DNA of 63,980 nucleotides, filler included, from Asterionella formosa (Eukaryota), in assembly GCA_002256025.1 (NCBI GenBank). It is 16 parts of 16 records of this genome, joined end to end, with 100 filler letters (N's around TTAATTAATTAA, not from the genome) between each part and the next. Parts side by side here need not be neighbours in the genome. Positions count along the whole stretch, not along the records: positions 22,025 to 43,940 come from NKIB01002921.1; positions 44,041 to 45,374 come from NKIB01002944.1; positions 45,475 to 46,807 come from NKIB01002945.1; 13 more parts are not named here. The stretch is one strand, 5' to 3'. Position 1 is the first letter of the stretch. Each line of letters begins with the position of its first letter. Below, one piece after another: positions 35,580-46,907 of the stretch. The notes beneath the pieces are model-generated. The model saw only the letters and a program-made list of their open reading frames with translations, did no database searches and was not told the origin of the DNA. The position numbers and the translations under genes were made by a program.

Positions 35580-37757
35580 ATGTTTGAAGAAAAACAAGAG
35601 CAAAGTGTCCTTGACATGACTGGAGATCGACCCTTCCGAATCTTGATCTGCTCTGGCAATCTTGGAAACGCCAGGCCTGACGAAGAGTCCATTGCCGAGT
35701 GGCTACCCGACGATGGATGCTTCAATGCAGTCAAGGATGCGACGGTACATCCCCTTCCGGACCCAGCAGAACACAGAGCAATCCTCAATGATCTGGGGTT
35801 GCCTCATTTTCAAGTGCACGAGCAAAAGATTCGTCAAGGTCTCCTTGACACGATCTCAGACGACGAATCTAAAGGCGATGGAATTCATCGAGACTACTTT
35901 GATATCATTGTGATTGGGATGCAAGAAGCTACGTTTGATGTTCCACCAAATGATCCGATGGTACGAGTCCCTGTCTTGTATCCAATTACGAAGACTGTAT
36001 TTAAGGCTGTAGGGGCTGGTGTGGATGCTCTGGGTAGTCTATCCAGAACTAAGGATTTCACCAAGGAGGACAGCATCACTATTTTTGGCTCGTCCGTCAA
36101 CCCCTTGGAATGGCTTGCCAAGGAAGATTCAAAAGTGTTGCAGGAGCTTTTCCGGAAGCGGCTGCCGAGCTATAATTTTTGCGTCCGCTATCAGCGAGGT
36201 GAAATGAGACTGGAGATTCTGGTGCGAGCGGGTGTAGAAGTTGAGGTTCTTAGAGTGAAGGCTCAAAATACTGGAATAGGGGTTAATGGGGTCTTGAATG
36301 CGGCAAACAAGGGAGGCATTGTGGCTGAACTCTTAGTTGAGAAGAACACGCGAATTTCGTTTTGTAGCGCTCATTTGCAAGCGCATGAGGGCAAAGAAAA
36401 TTATCTCAATAGAATTCGAATGGCTGAAGCTATTTTTGACGGAACTGCCGACGAAGTCAATGGAGTAGTTTCGTTGGATCTTGCTGTCAAGAGTCACATT
36501 TGCTTCATGATGGGTGACTTAAACTTTCGAAGTAACATAGAAGGAGTCTATACCAAAGAGGAACAAAATGCCCATGTGCATAAGATGGTAGTCGACCAGA
36601 ATTGGAGGCATTTAAACCAAACGGACGAGCTTTTTCAGGCATTACGTGACAAGCAGTGTTTCGTAGGCTTTGAGACCTTGCCCTGTTACTTTCCTCCTAC
36701 ATTCAAACTAGAACGCACCGCTGGGTACAGCTACAAAGATCAGCGACGACCTTCCTACACGGATCGTATCCTTTGGCGAACTTTGATTAAGATGGAGTCA
36801 TGTGTCAAACCTGTTGTGTACGAACCAATTGATAATTTTACAACTTCCGATCATAAACCGATTCGAGGAGCATTTGAAATTAATTTGAATCAATCTATCG
36901 TTTCTTTTCGACCTGGACTCCCTCTTGGTCGATTGTCTTCGACTCAATACATCATCAACTCTGCCAGGAACCTTTTTCACGGAGGAGGTGATCAAGCGCC
37001 GGCACCTCCAAATACTTTGCATATACTGGTATCAAACATCAAATGCAGCATCACGAAGAGAAATAACTTAAGTGCGCAACTTGGCCCTCCAGACCCATAT
37101 GTATCATTCATTTCGTTACCAGAAGAACTCGTTCGAAAGGATCGATCGAGGATTGAAAAGTTTAAGGCCTTGATCTGCCTCGGAACCAGTTTGCATCTCC
37201 AAACAAAACAAAAAGATGGCAAGACAACTCGGACTGCTTCCGGTTTTCCTCGAACAAAGAAGATGACAGGATCCTACAATCCAGACTGGGGCCAGGAAAC
37301 CATCCACATGATCGTGCGATGTAAGGATGGATACGACAACTTGAAGGGTGCAAATGGATCAATCCTTATGCTTTGTGTGATGGATCATAAATCGTCGGTT
37401 GCTGATAACCACGTTGGATCATTCCCGCTCAATCTTGCGCATATGCTATCTGTCCGTCCCAAGGCAGTACGTAAGCTAGGTCATGTCCCTATGCTAGGTG
37501 TTGGTCGGGATCAGAGAAAAGATATTCACAGGTTGAATTTGAAGCAACCCCTTCTTAAGAATACAAAGCAGACTGGATGGATCAGTTGCAGCATCGAAAC
37601 TTGGTGGGCTCCTGAAGATGATGAAGGGATTGCAAGCAGTTTATCAACCTCGCATTTGGAAGGAAGCAAGCTAAATATGCTTTGTCGCTGTAATGATTCC
37701 CCTGGTGTGTCACAAGAGTCCAGAGATAACGATCTATGGATTGAAGAAGACATGTAA
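35580..37757 (+). CDS. Inositol polyphosphate 5-phosphatase with C-terminal C2-like domain
   Basis: IVIGMQE, ANKGG, SAHLQAH, GDLNFR, PPTFK..RRPSYTDRIL and TSDHKPI motifs; then PDPYV..NPDW..VMDH C2-like motifs. Confidence 0.9.
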   Translation: MFEEKQEQSVLDMTGDRPFRILICSGNLGNARPDEESIAEWLPDDGCFNAVKDATVHPLPDPAEHRAILNDLGLPHFQVHEQKIRQGLLDTISDDESKGDGIHRDYFDIIVIGMQEATFDVPPNDPMVRVPVLYPITKTVFKAVGAGVDALGSLSRTKDFTKEDSITIFGSSVNPLEWLAKEDSKVLQELFRKRLPSYNFCVRYQRGEMRLEILVRAGVEVEVLRVKAQNTGIGVNGVLNAANKGGIVAELLVEKNTRISFCSAHLQAHEGKENYLNRIRMAEAIFDGTADEVNGVVSLDLAVKSHICFMMGDLNFRSNIEGVYTKEEQNAHVHKMVVDQNWRHLNQTDELFQALRDKQCFVGFETLPCYFPPTFKLERTAGYSYKDQRRPSYTDRILWRTLIKMESCVKPVVYEPIDNFTTSDHKPIRGAFEINLNQSIVSFRPGLPLGRLSSTQYIINSARNLFHGGGDQAPAPPNTLHILVSNIKCSITKRNNLSAQLGPPDPYVSFISLPEELVRKDRSRIEKFKALICLGTSLHLQTKQKDGKTTRTASGFPRTKKMTGSYNPDWGQETIHMIVRCKDGYDNLKGANGSILMLCVMDHKSSVADNHVGSFPLNLAHMLSVRPKAVRKLGHVPMLGVGRDQRKDIHRLNLKQPLLKNTKQTGWISCSIETWWAPEDDEGIASSLSTSHLEGSKLNMLCRCNDSPGVSQESRDNDLWIEEDM

Positions 37758-37838
37758 AAGTAATTGCAATGACTTAAATTGAAATCATTGGTATTTGTAA
37801 AAAGGCATCCGTGGTAGCTTTTGCCATATCTTAAAAGC

Positions 37839-39485
37839 TTACTGTAACAAATCATCCTCATAATCGCTTAAATTGAGTGCTTTCGCTTCAAACGTTGCTT
37901 GTTGCAAGTAGTCAATTACAGAATCATCGCAAACTTGAGTCCGTTGTGCAATTTCCAATGCCGTTCTCCCGTCAAAGTTCTTTTGGTTAACGGAATCAGG
38001 GAAGCTGTTTACAAGGATCTGAATAATTTGTAGAGAGCATCCCTTCGAACAAGCTACATGAAGAGGCAAGTTAGAATGTCGATCCATTGTTTTGCTAGAA
38101 TTTGGGTTGGTTTCAATCAGAAGTTGAAGTATTTCAACAGGGCTATCCAAATAGATTGCATTAGCTAACGCAGTGCATGCTTCAGGTCCATCTCGTTCCA
38201 ACAAAACCTTGGGTCCAGCTTGGCAGAGAACTCGAAGAACATCAATGGATGCATTTGATTTCAATGCAATATTGACTGGAAGGCTATAGCCATTGCGTTT
38301 TGTTCTCTTTGGGTGCCTCTGCTCGTCGTCTGCGGCATCAGCTGGGGTTTGTGCCCGTCTTGAAATAGCCGAAGGGTCGAGCCGTATCGCCGACGCGACG
38401 ACTGCTATTGTTTCGGGGTACAAGTGACAAGCTTGGTGCAATAAAGAAGAAGGCATCGTATCCACCTGAGGTGAATCGGACAAGACTTGAGTCATGGAGT
38501 AAAGTTTCTTGTTGGAGCCCTCAGTTGGCTGTTCCGGTCTCGAATTGCTAGTTGCCCAATCACAATTAGAGGGCTGCTCAGAGTTTCCCTCACTCGATAC
38601 ATGGTTGGCCTCAACGCTGTTGGTCATGTGCAGCCTAGAGTTGTTAAATCCATTGGCGAAGCCACTCATTCCTCGAAAATCCACCACTCCTGAAGCACTA
38701 TTGGTGCCAGTCGTCTCAATTCCCGAGCTTCTGTCATTGAAAATATTGGTGATCCCCTCGTCGTGGTCATTCACATTGGAGAGCATGAGGTAATTCATGG
38801 TTGTATATGCCGCTTCAGGAGCAGTGGAGCTTGCCATACTATAATTTATGCTGGGAAATTCCGCATTCAGAGCATTCGAGCCTCCCGAAGCGGAGAACAT
38901 AGTGTTGGAAAAGCCAGAGCCGCCAATACTGGAGTTGCTGGTGCTGGGTTTCATAGACTCCGTACCAGCGTTGCTCCGACCAGAGTTTGCCATGCCCATA
39001 GTTTCGATGGAATTGTTCATATTGGCAATCGAGTAGTTGAGGTTGTTGTTCATACTCAAAATGGCATTATGGTTGTCGAGATTAGTCATCTGAAGAAAGT
39101 TTTGTCTGGAGTTTTGCAGCATATTCATCAGCATAAAGTTTTGCTGTTGAAGAGCTTGTAGTTGCTTTTGCGTCGCCATCTGTTCGGTTGTGATCTGCTC
39201 TTGACTGATTATCCTTTGGTTTGTCACTGTGACATTAATTCGCTCAGCTAGATCTCCTGGAGTGTTGCCGTGTAGATGCGTCAATTTAGTCGGAAGCGAT
39301 GTTCCTGACATCTTGGAAGTACGCAATTGAGATGGAATTGACATCTTAAGTTGATGCTGTTTCTGATTCATCAACAACTGGAAGCGTTGCTGTTGATGAA
39401 GTGCATTCAAAGCTGGATTCATTTGATAGGCGTCCGATGAAGCTATTGCCGGAACGAACACATTCTGATTTTCAGACTTTGTCAT
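37839..39485 (-). CDS. Ankyrin-repeat protein with Q/N/M-rich low-complexity N-terminus
   Basis: LLHQAC, NLPLHVACSKG and DGRTALEIA repeats; first ATG at 39485. Confidence 0.8.
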   Translation of the reverse strand: MTKSENQNVFVPAIASSDAYQMNPALNALHQQQRFQLLMNQKQHQLKMSIPSQLRTSKMSGTSLPTKLTHLHGNTPGDLAERINVTVTNQRIISQEQITTEQMATQKQLQALQQQNFMLMNMLQNSRQNFLQMTNLDNHNAILSMNNNLNYSIANMNNSIETMGMANSGRSNAGTESMKPSTSNSSIGGSGFSNTMFSASGGSNALNAEFPSINYSMASSTAPEAAYTTMNYLMLSNVNDHDEGITNIFNDRSSGIETTGTNSASGVVDFRGMSGFANGFNNSRLHMTNSVEANHVSSEGNSEQPSNCDWATSNSRPEQPTEGSNKKLYSMTQVLSDSPQVDTMPSSLLHQACHLYPETIAVVASAIRLDPSAISRRAQTPADAADDEQRHPKRTKRNGYSLPVNIALKSNASIDVLRVLCQAGPKVLLERDGPEACTALANAIYLDSPVEILQLLIETNPNSSKTMDRHSNLPLHVACSKGCSLQIIQILVNSFPDSVNQKNFDGRTALEIAQRTQVCDDSVIDYLQQATFEAKALNLSDYEDDLLQ

Positions 39486-39980
39486 TACGTCCTTCGCACG
39501 TTCTTCGCGAGAGAAGGCCGTTGTGAACACAACAGATAGGTCTCTCGGAAAATATAAATACTGGTTCAAGCAGTTGATCAGATCAAGTCTGATGTGGTGC
39601 CGTTTGTTTTCGACAAGTATCAGCTGTCAGATCAGAGTGTTTGCGACCAGATCGTCTTGGTAAATTCAGATCGTTTTTTGTTTTGCGTTTTTAATTTTTT
39701 GATCCTCTCTGTGGATAGATACGTCAACTGACGGTATCCCGCTATATACTTACCGGTTAGTGTCAGATGCACCGGCAAGTCAACAGCAAGGGGGGGGGGA
39801 CGGGAAACTACAAGCAGGCACTGAAGAACCGCTCAGCACATATTATGACCGCATCAGCTGAATTGGTCCTGTTCGCTATTCGCAGACAGCATCGTACACA
39901 TATATACCGGTACTACAGTAATCCGTAATATTTTTTTACCGGGTACTCAGCGTTACACCGGATTCTACCTGTCAGTACAT

Positions 39981-40069
39981 GCAAGTTGCGGTATTTTTGC
40001 TCAACTAAGGGTTTAGCACTCTTTATCCCATATTAAATCGTTGATTAAAGCAAAATGACCGCGACTTGC
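39981..40069. mobile_element. MITE (~89 bp), same family as 35247-35345
   Basis: TIRs GCAAGTTGCGGTATTTTTGCT and AGCAAAATGACCGCGACTTGC; shared interior TTTAGCA..TTTATCCCA.ATTAAA.CGTT. Confidence 0.75.
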
Positions 40070-41850
40070 TGGTATCCTACCAGGGACCTTCTTGGAGAAC
40101 TCCGTCGAAGGGAACGAAAGGTACGTGTGGATCCTTATATATTCTACGACCTACAGAACTACCGGTAGTACTTTATGTCGCTCTCAATCAATCAACAAAG
40201 CGAGAATAGAAAAATGCATCCATCACAGTCGGCAACAACTACCAGGTACCTGGTACCTGGTACCGATAATCCCATAATAGTCAAGCTGTACTTTTTACCA
40301 AATACCNNNNNNNNNNNNNNNNNNNNNNNNNNNNNNNNNNNNNNNNNNNNNNNNNNNNNNNNNNNNNNNNNNNNNNNNNNNNNNNNNNNNNNNNNNNNNN
40401 NNNNNNNNNNNNNNNNNNNNNNNNNNNNNNNNNNNNNNNNNNNNNNNNNNNNNNNNNNNNNNNNNNNNNNNNNNNNNNNNNNNNNNNNNNNNNNNNNNNN
40501 NNNNNNNNNNNNNNNNNNNNNNNNNNNNNNNNNNNNNNNNNNNNNNNNNNNNNNNNNNNNNNNNNNNNNNNNNNNNNNNNNNNNNNNNNNNNNNNNNNNN
40601 NNNNNNNNNNNNNNNNNNNNNNNNNNNNNNNNNNNNNNNNNNNNNNNNNNNNNNNNNNNNNNNNNNNNNNNNNNNNNNNNNNNNNNNNNNNNNNNNNNNN
40701 NNNNNNNNNNNNNNNNNNNNNNNNNNNNNNNNNNNNNNNNNNNNNNNNNNNNNNNNNNNNNNNNNNNNNNNNNNNNNNNNNNNNNNNNNNNNNNNNNNNN
40801 NNNNNNNNNNNNNNNNNNNNNNNNNNNNNNNNNNNNNNNNNNNNNNNNNNNNNNNNNNNNNNNNNNNNNNNNNNNNNNNNNNNNNNNNNNNNNNNNNNNN
40901 NNNNNNNNNNNNNNNNNNNNNNNNNNNNNNNNNNNNNNNNNNNNNNNNNNNNNNNNNNNNNNNNNNNNNNNNNNNNNNNNNNNNNNNNNNNNNNNNNNNN
41001 NNNNNNNNNNNNNNNNNNNNNNNNNNNNNNNNNNNNNNNNNNNNNNNNNNNNNNNNNNNNNNNNNNNNNNNNNNNNNNNNNNNNNNNNNNNNNNNNNNNN
41101 NNNNNNNNNNNNNNNNNNNNNNNNNNNNNNNNNNNNNNNNNNNNNNNNNNNNNNNNNNNNNNNNNNNNNNNNNNNNNNNNNNNNNNNNNNNNNNNNNNNN
41201 NNNNNCCTGCTGGATCCTCAGTTTCTTGGGCACAATCATATTATGGCCATATAATCCTCTTTCTGCTCCATTTGTTGTCAGCATTCCATCATGCATGCAG
41301 TGCTCTCTATGGCATCACAAACACCGCCTACTTACGGAGATTCATAACAAGTAAGAGTGAGTTGAAGTTTGACTGGTAACATAGCAAACCAAGAAGTTGA
41401 TGGCAAATATATATGAAACACCAGGGAAAAAATGATTCAATAAAATTTCAATCTTCATTTAGTCAATAAACTGCCAATAGGATTACTTGCTTTCTTGCTG
41501 ACTTTTTCCGCCAACCTGTCACCCTTTGCAATGGCATTTCCATCTTTTGGAGACTAGTCCTTTGCTTGTTAACACTAACAAGAAAAACATGATACTCCCT
41601 TGTAATCATACCAGGATGATACCTTGTTGTTGAAAATTTTACCACGTCAGTCCTGTACATCCAAGCGGCAAGCATAACATGAAATCTCATCCAACAAGAA
41701 TGCCTTTGACAGTGACAAGAGATAGAACACAATGTGGTATAGCTGTGCGAGTGCATGATCTTTTTTTAAATTAAAGGATGCCACTATATCTCCAGCTAGG
41801 ATGTGCTGTCAGCAGTGAACACGCATGACAGGAATGAATGGGACTATCCA

Positions 41851-43932
41851 TTAACTTCGGGGCTTGTCAATAATGATACGAATCTCTTCATTCGCCTTGT
41901 TTGCATAATGATAAAGCTTCGTCAATCCAAAGACACCAACTTTTTCATGCGTCTTACTGTAGTGCACCTTTTCTGCTGACCGATCATCATAGTCAGGCAT
42001 ATCTGTAGCTGCCACCATCAAGTTGCGTTCAAGCCATGTAAACCGATGAGCTCCCATATCTTGCTTGTTTTGATTAAGAATGATAGTTCGGCCTGGAATT
42101 TGAAATCGTACATCATCAGGAGGAATTGAATTCTCCTGCTTACCCACATTGGACCATATATTGACATCCCCAATCTCCCATTCTGACTGCATATGATGTC
42201 CCAATATGGCATTCATACCAGCTCCCAAAATGCATGGGCCACAAATAAACAGAGTATCTACAGAATGAGAAACACTTAATTGAGGATTTGGGCAAAGCAT
42301 ATCATCAATGTCAACTCCAGTAAAACGGTTCCTAACATTGTTCACAACCAATTCAATGGTTTTTGCGAGGAATGGATGACCAGGTGCCACTGCAAGGAAG
42401 CCATTCCAGAGACAGGATCTGTGACCAACTTTGCTGCCAGGTTCGTCAATTGGGACCATGAAACCAATATCATTCGTCAACAGGTCATCCAAGTTACTTT
42501 CCAACAGGACATCCATATCTGCATAGACTCCACCTTGAATTAAGAGGACGCAATATCGAAATAAATCAGCCTTGAAGGCTCCGGGAATGATGCTCTCGTA
42601 GGCTTCCAAGACTTGCGGTGGAAAGTGATTTCGTAGAAACTGTGCGGCATGTTCGTCATTATAAAATTGGTACTCCCAGCCGATTTGTTTAAAGCTTTCA
42701 ATTAAACGTGACATGTTGGGATAATTTTCCTTGGTGACCGTCTCGTACCACGTTTGGTGAATGATCCTTGGAATGAGACGGGATGGGTCTTTCCTATATT
42801 GTGGCAATTTCACTCTCCATTCCTCGACAACTACCTTTGGAGGCGGGCGAATATGACATAATGTTTGGCAGTAGCAAGGGCATTCGTTGAGGCAGTCTTC
42901 ACATGATCCCATCTTCTTTAGGCACTTGTGGCACTGTTTTTGGGTTGGCAGGCAATCGTTTTTCAACAAAATGTCAAAAAAGTTGGGTGTCATTTGAAGT
43001 GTCACCCCCTTAGGATGATCAACAGGATGTCTAGAGACTGTAGCAAAATAAGGTGAATCACTACGCTCCTCCAATTCTCGATAGAATGGATGTCGAATTG
43101 CAATAATGATCTCGCCATTTGCGTCCCTTACTTGGCAACAGAACCCGCCCTTGACTGGACAGTGTCCTACGAGAGGCGTTCCACTAGTTTGTGCCGACGA
43201 GGTGATGATATTCTCCATCGTTTTTCGTGAAGCAGCGCTTATCGAATCTGACAGACGCGGATTGGAACTGTCTGCAAGATCAATACAAGTTACTTTCCAG
43301 ATAGTCCAGTGGTCGATATCGTTCCGGACCTTGTTGTACACGGTTTTTTCCAGAAGTAAATCGGTGCTGTGCAGTGTCTGAGGGTTTGTTTCCATTAAAA
43401 ACTGAATCATTTCTCGTAGAATTGGCGCCTTTCGCTGTTGCACCTTCAAAAAGGACGAATGCATCATACCTCCTTGATGTAGCTCAATTCCAATGCTACC
43501 TTTGATGCCTTGTAGTTCCGACACTTCGATAAGAAATACACCGTCGTCGAGCCAAACATTTCCATGGCCCATATATAAGATACAATATTTAAACAATTCT
43601 CGTTGATGTCGAAGTGGCAAATCGTCGTATCTGTTTATCAGATCCTTGGAATGGCAGAGAGACGAGTACTTCACCAGAAAATCCCGCTGTTCGTCGCTTG
43701 AATACAAAATATGCGACACTTCTTCATCGCTACGGAGTACCTGGTGATGATTGGAAATCCCAACAATGCGAATGGTGGCCTTCGGAACTGGAAAATGGAA
43801 AGAAATAGATCCAGACGACGCCATCGCATAGACGATACCCGAAATTACGAGAACGCATCCGACGAAGAGAAGAATAGGAACGATTCGTTGCCTTGTTTTG
43901 GTGTTCCTGTTAATTCCTGATCTCCATTTCAT
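41851..43932 (-). CDS. GT32-family glycosyltransferase (Och1/Sur1-like), type-II membrane protein
   Basis: N-terminal TM segment; IPRIIHQTW; AFKADLFRYCVLLIQGGVYADMD (DxD); NGFLAVAPGHPFL. Confidence 0.88.
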   Translation of the reverse strand: MKWRSGINRNTKTRQRIVPILLFVGCVLVISGIVYAMASSGSISFHFPVPKATIRIVGISNHHQVLRSDEEVSHILYSSDEQRDFLVKYSSLCHSKDLINRYDDLPLRHQRELFKYCILYMGHGNVWLDDGVFLIEVSELQGIKGSIGIELHQGGMMHSSFLKVQQRKAPILREMIQFLMETNPQTLHSTDLLLEKTVYNKVRNDIDHWTIWKVTCIDLADSSNPRLSDSISAASRKTMENIITSSAQTSGTPLVGHCPVKGGFCCQVRDANGEIIIAIRHPFYRELEERSDSPYFATVSRHPVDHPKGVTLQMTPNFFDILLKNDCLPTQKQCHKCLKKMGSCEDCLNECPCYCQTLCHIRPPPKVVVEEWRVKLPQYRKDPSRLIPRIIHQTWYETVTKENYPNMSRLIESFKQIGWEYQFYNDEHAAQFLRNHFPPQVLEAYESIIPGAFKADLFRYCVLLIQGGVYADMDVLLESNLDDLLTNDIGFMVPIDEPGSKVGHRSCLWNGFLAVAPGHPFLAKTIELVVNNVRNRFTGVDIDDMLCPNPQLSVSHSVDTLFICGPCILGAGMNAILGHHMQSEWEIGDVNIWSNVGKQENSIPPDDVRFQIPGRTIILNQNKQDMGAHRFTWLERNLMVAATDMPDYDDRSAEKVHYSKTHEKVGVFGLTKLYHYANKANEEIRIIIDKPRS

Positions 43933-44040
43933 GATTACACNNNNNNNNNNNNNNNNNNNNNNNNNNNNNNNNNNNNNNNNNNNNTTAATTAATTAANNNN
44001 NNNNNNNNNNNNNNNNNNNNNNNNNNNNNNNNNNNNNNNN

Positions 44041-44271
44041 TTGAATCAGCATGGGGTATCTCAAACAACCACCTCCACTGCCAGTGCCAATCCCACTCAG
44101 GCAATTATGAATTCAATTATTGCTTCAAACATGATTTCAATGCAGCAAACAATGCAAAGCCAAAATCCAACCTCGACAGCAGGTGCCAATGCACAACAAA
44201 CTTTGTCTGCCTCAACTCAATGTCAAACACCAAAAAACAACAGTGGTAGCAGTAGTAGTGATGATGAATAA
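44041..44271 (+). CDS. 3' fragment of an ORF convergent with the Harbinger transposase (possible element ORF2)
   Basis: M/Q/S/T-rich tail ending 77 bp from the transposase stop. PIF/Harbinger elements carry two genes. No domain is visible. Confidence 0.3.
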   Translation: MNQHGVSQTTTSTASANPTQAIMNSIIASNMISMQQTMQSQNPTSTAGANAQQTLSASTQCQTPKNNSGSSSSDDE

Positions 44272-44348
44272 CAACCTTAAATTAATTCATTCTAATATAA
44301 TGTGAAAGAAGTGGTGCTAAATAATCATGAAGGAATAATTTCTTTGAA

Positions 44349-45374
44349 TTACATGGCATATCTATTTGCATTCCTATGCAAATAGGGCATATACACTGAA
44401 GTAATTTGGTTCTGACCAACTTTGCTAGCACGAAAGTTGTAGAGCAATACAATCATTTGGAGAATTAATTTTCTCTCACCTTTTTCTTCATAACGAAATT
44501 TTTCTTTGATTCTCGGAAATGATCCCTGAAGGCATCGCATTCCCCATTCCGACAGCTGTCGGATGGAGGTGGCTTGGCGATTCATACCAAATCTTTGTTG
44601 AGGATTACCATTTGCATCAACATTGTTTTGATGCGATTTCAACATTGCATTTGATTTTTTAGATGCAAATGCTGAATCCACAACTACTTTTTTGCCTGTA
44701 TCCCTGTAAACTGTTTCAATCTGATCATAGATCGATGACCAAATTGCCATGGTGGAGTCATGTAGAACACCAGGTGCATTGAAATATGAGCAGCGAATTT
44801 TTCCATCAGGCGAAAAAAGAAACAAGTTTGTCACATACTAGTGTTCATGGGTCGCTGTGTTTCATTTCCAGCCCGTTGCAGGGTCAGTTTCAGACCATCC
44901 ATTGCTCCCCAACAATTTGTTATAAGTGGGTATTTCTGATTGATCATGGTTGCAAACAAGGTGGCTTCGTCTGCAATAGGCAGTCTCACAACAGCATCTT
45001 CATGTGTCAGCAGTACTTTTACAATCATTCGCCTTGAAAACCTCAACCAAACACTCAAAGAACCATGAGTTAATCCGAAAATAGTCTGAAGAATCATATA
45101 GGAACCACGAGTCCTGGTCCATGCTAACCCAAGCGCTAGACAACTGATGGAACAGAGGTATCTTTGCCGACCTTTCTTTGTTGTTGAATTTCTAACAATG
45201 ATCTTTGTTGTTGAATTTCTAACAATGAAATCCGTATTTTTCCTACAGGGAGTGAAGGAATAAAAACAAGGTTTGAACAGCTGGTGTAGGAGCTCGAAAG
45301 AAGCATGGTCAAACCCACACAAGGTAATCAGAGCATCATCATGCTTGCTGTTGAACAAAGTCCAGAATGGACTC
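44349..45374 (-). mobile_element. PIF/Harbinger DDE_Tnp_4 transposase, disrupted
   Basis: CWGAMDG, PGVLHDS, VVDSAF and RQLSEWGMRCLQGSFPR motifs. Frame break and stop near 44835-44855; short tandem duplication encoding IVRNSTTK twice. Confidence 0.88.
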
Positions 45375-46907
45375 NNNNNNNNNNNNNNNNNNNNNNNNNN
45401 NNNNNNNNNNNNNNNNNNTTAATTAATTAANNNNNNNNNNNNNNNNNNNNNNNNNNNNNNNNNNNNNNNNNNNNAAAGGGATCGAAACCAGTGGAAAAAT
45501 CAAAACAAGGGAACTAAAAATGCTCTGCAAACATCATCAGGACAATTGTGAAAGAGAAATGAAGGTTCTTGGGAGGAGAAGTAAAGGGATAATTGCTTCT
45601 GGTCTTGCAGGAGCAAGAATAGATCGACCCAACCAATGTTGACAGATAATAGGTACCTACCGGAAAAGGAAGCAATCATGGTTTCGACATCATCAATCTA
45701 TACACAAGCCTGCACCACCTGATGTCGTCAGTATATCTACCTCGACTTCATCAATGAAGAAGTCAATGGGTGGAGCATGTGAGGAAAATCGGGGTTGAGG
45801 TTTTCTTGACGCCAACGTGGGCCTGCTTGGCTGAACTCCTTGCAGATGAAGGCATTGAGTAACCTGGGCCTGTGAAGCCAAAGGATAAAGAAAAATCTAC
45901 AACAAGGGTGGTGAGATAGTGTTTAGGAAAGGGAGCAAAAGTTATCATAGCTGAACGCATTCGAAACTTGTATAGACAATAAATGGTGGCATGCCATGGC
46001 TGCTCTTGGCTGACAGCTGCCAAGTCAAGTACAAACACAACGAGCGAGGGTGCACAAAAGACAGTCCAGTTTTAATCGACTGCTGGCTGATACTTAGTTG
46101 TGAGACTCACCATTCTGCAATGGGGTGGACTTTGATCATTGCTTCGTTCAAAGCACAATCAATTCAAATGCTGTCCAGTGAAACAGCCAATGAAAACAAT
46201 TGTGGCGAAAAAGCGCAGAACAGATCAAGAGCAAGATTTCATAGGAATTAAAATAACAGGGCATATATTGCTGATGCACTGCTCCTTGTGTAGACTAGCT
46301 ATGTTTGATCATTTCCATATTTCATACTATACAGGTGCAGCATGGATGACTCCTCCCGCCCTTTCATTAGATATGCAGCCATGTTGCGATAATTCTACAG
46401 GACCTATAGGATTGGTAGTCTGGTGGTCATCCTTTCCGCATTGTATATACCAGTAGGAGTCATGTATGCATGCATGCTGCGATAATTCTTACAAGACATA
46501 AAAATTTGGTAGCTTGGGGGTTATCACTTCCGTACTGTATACAGGGGGAGGAAGGGGTTGCATGCATGAGCAACTACTCCGGTATAAACTATGATCTTTA
46601 AGGTTCCTGCATTTGAACCCCTAGCTCGAGGTAGGGTTAAAAAAATAATATTAAGTCAGAGTAGTCAAACATAGACTTCTTACGAGCAAAACGTAAATGT
46701 ATATCGCTAAACGGAGCTTTCACCAATACACACCCTTTCCACATGCTTAAATACAGTCATTTATCAAAGTAGGGGTATAGGTCAACGCTATATATCGTCA
46801 GGATATANNNNNNNNNNNNNNNNNNNNNNNNNNNNNNNNNNNNNNNNNNNNTTAATTAATTAANNNNNNNNNNNNNNNNNNNNNNNNNNNNNNNNNNNNN
46901 NNNNNNN

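Noticed and set aside
45475..46640. Possible piggyBac relic (LNEAMIK fragment, AGGGTTAA end)
   Set aside because: Motifs too short and no coherent reading frame.
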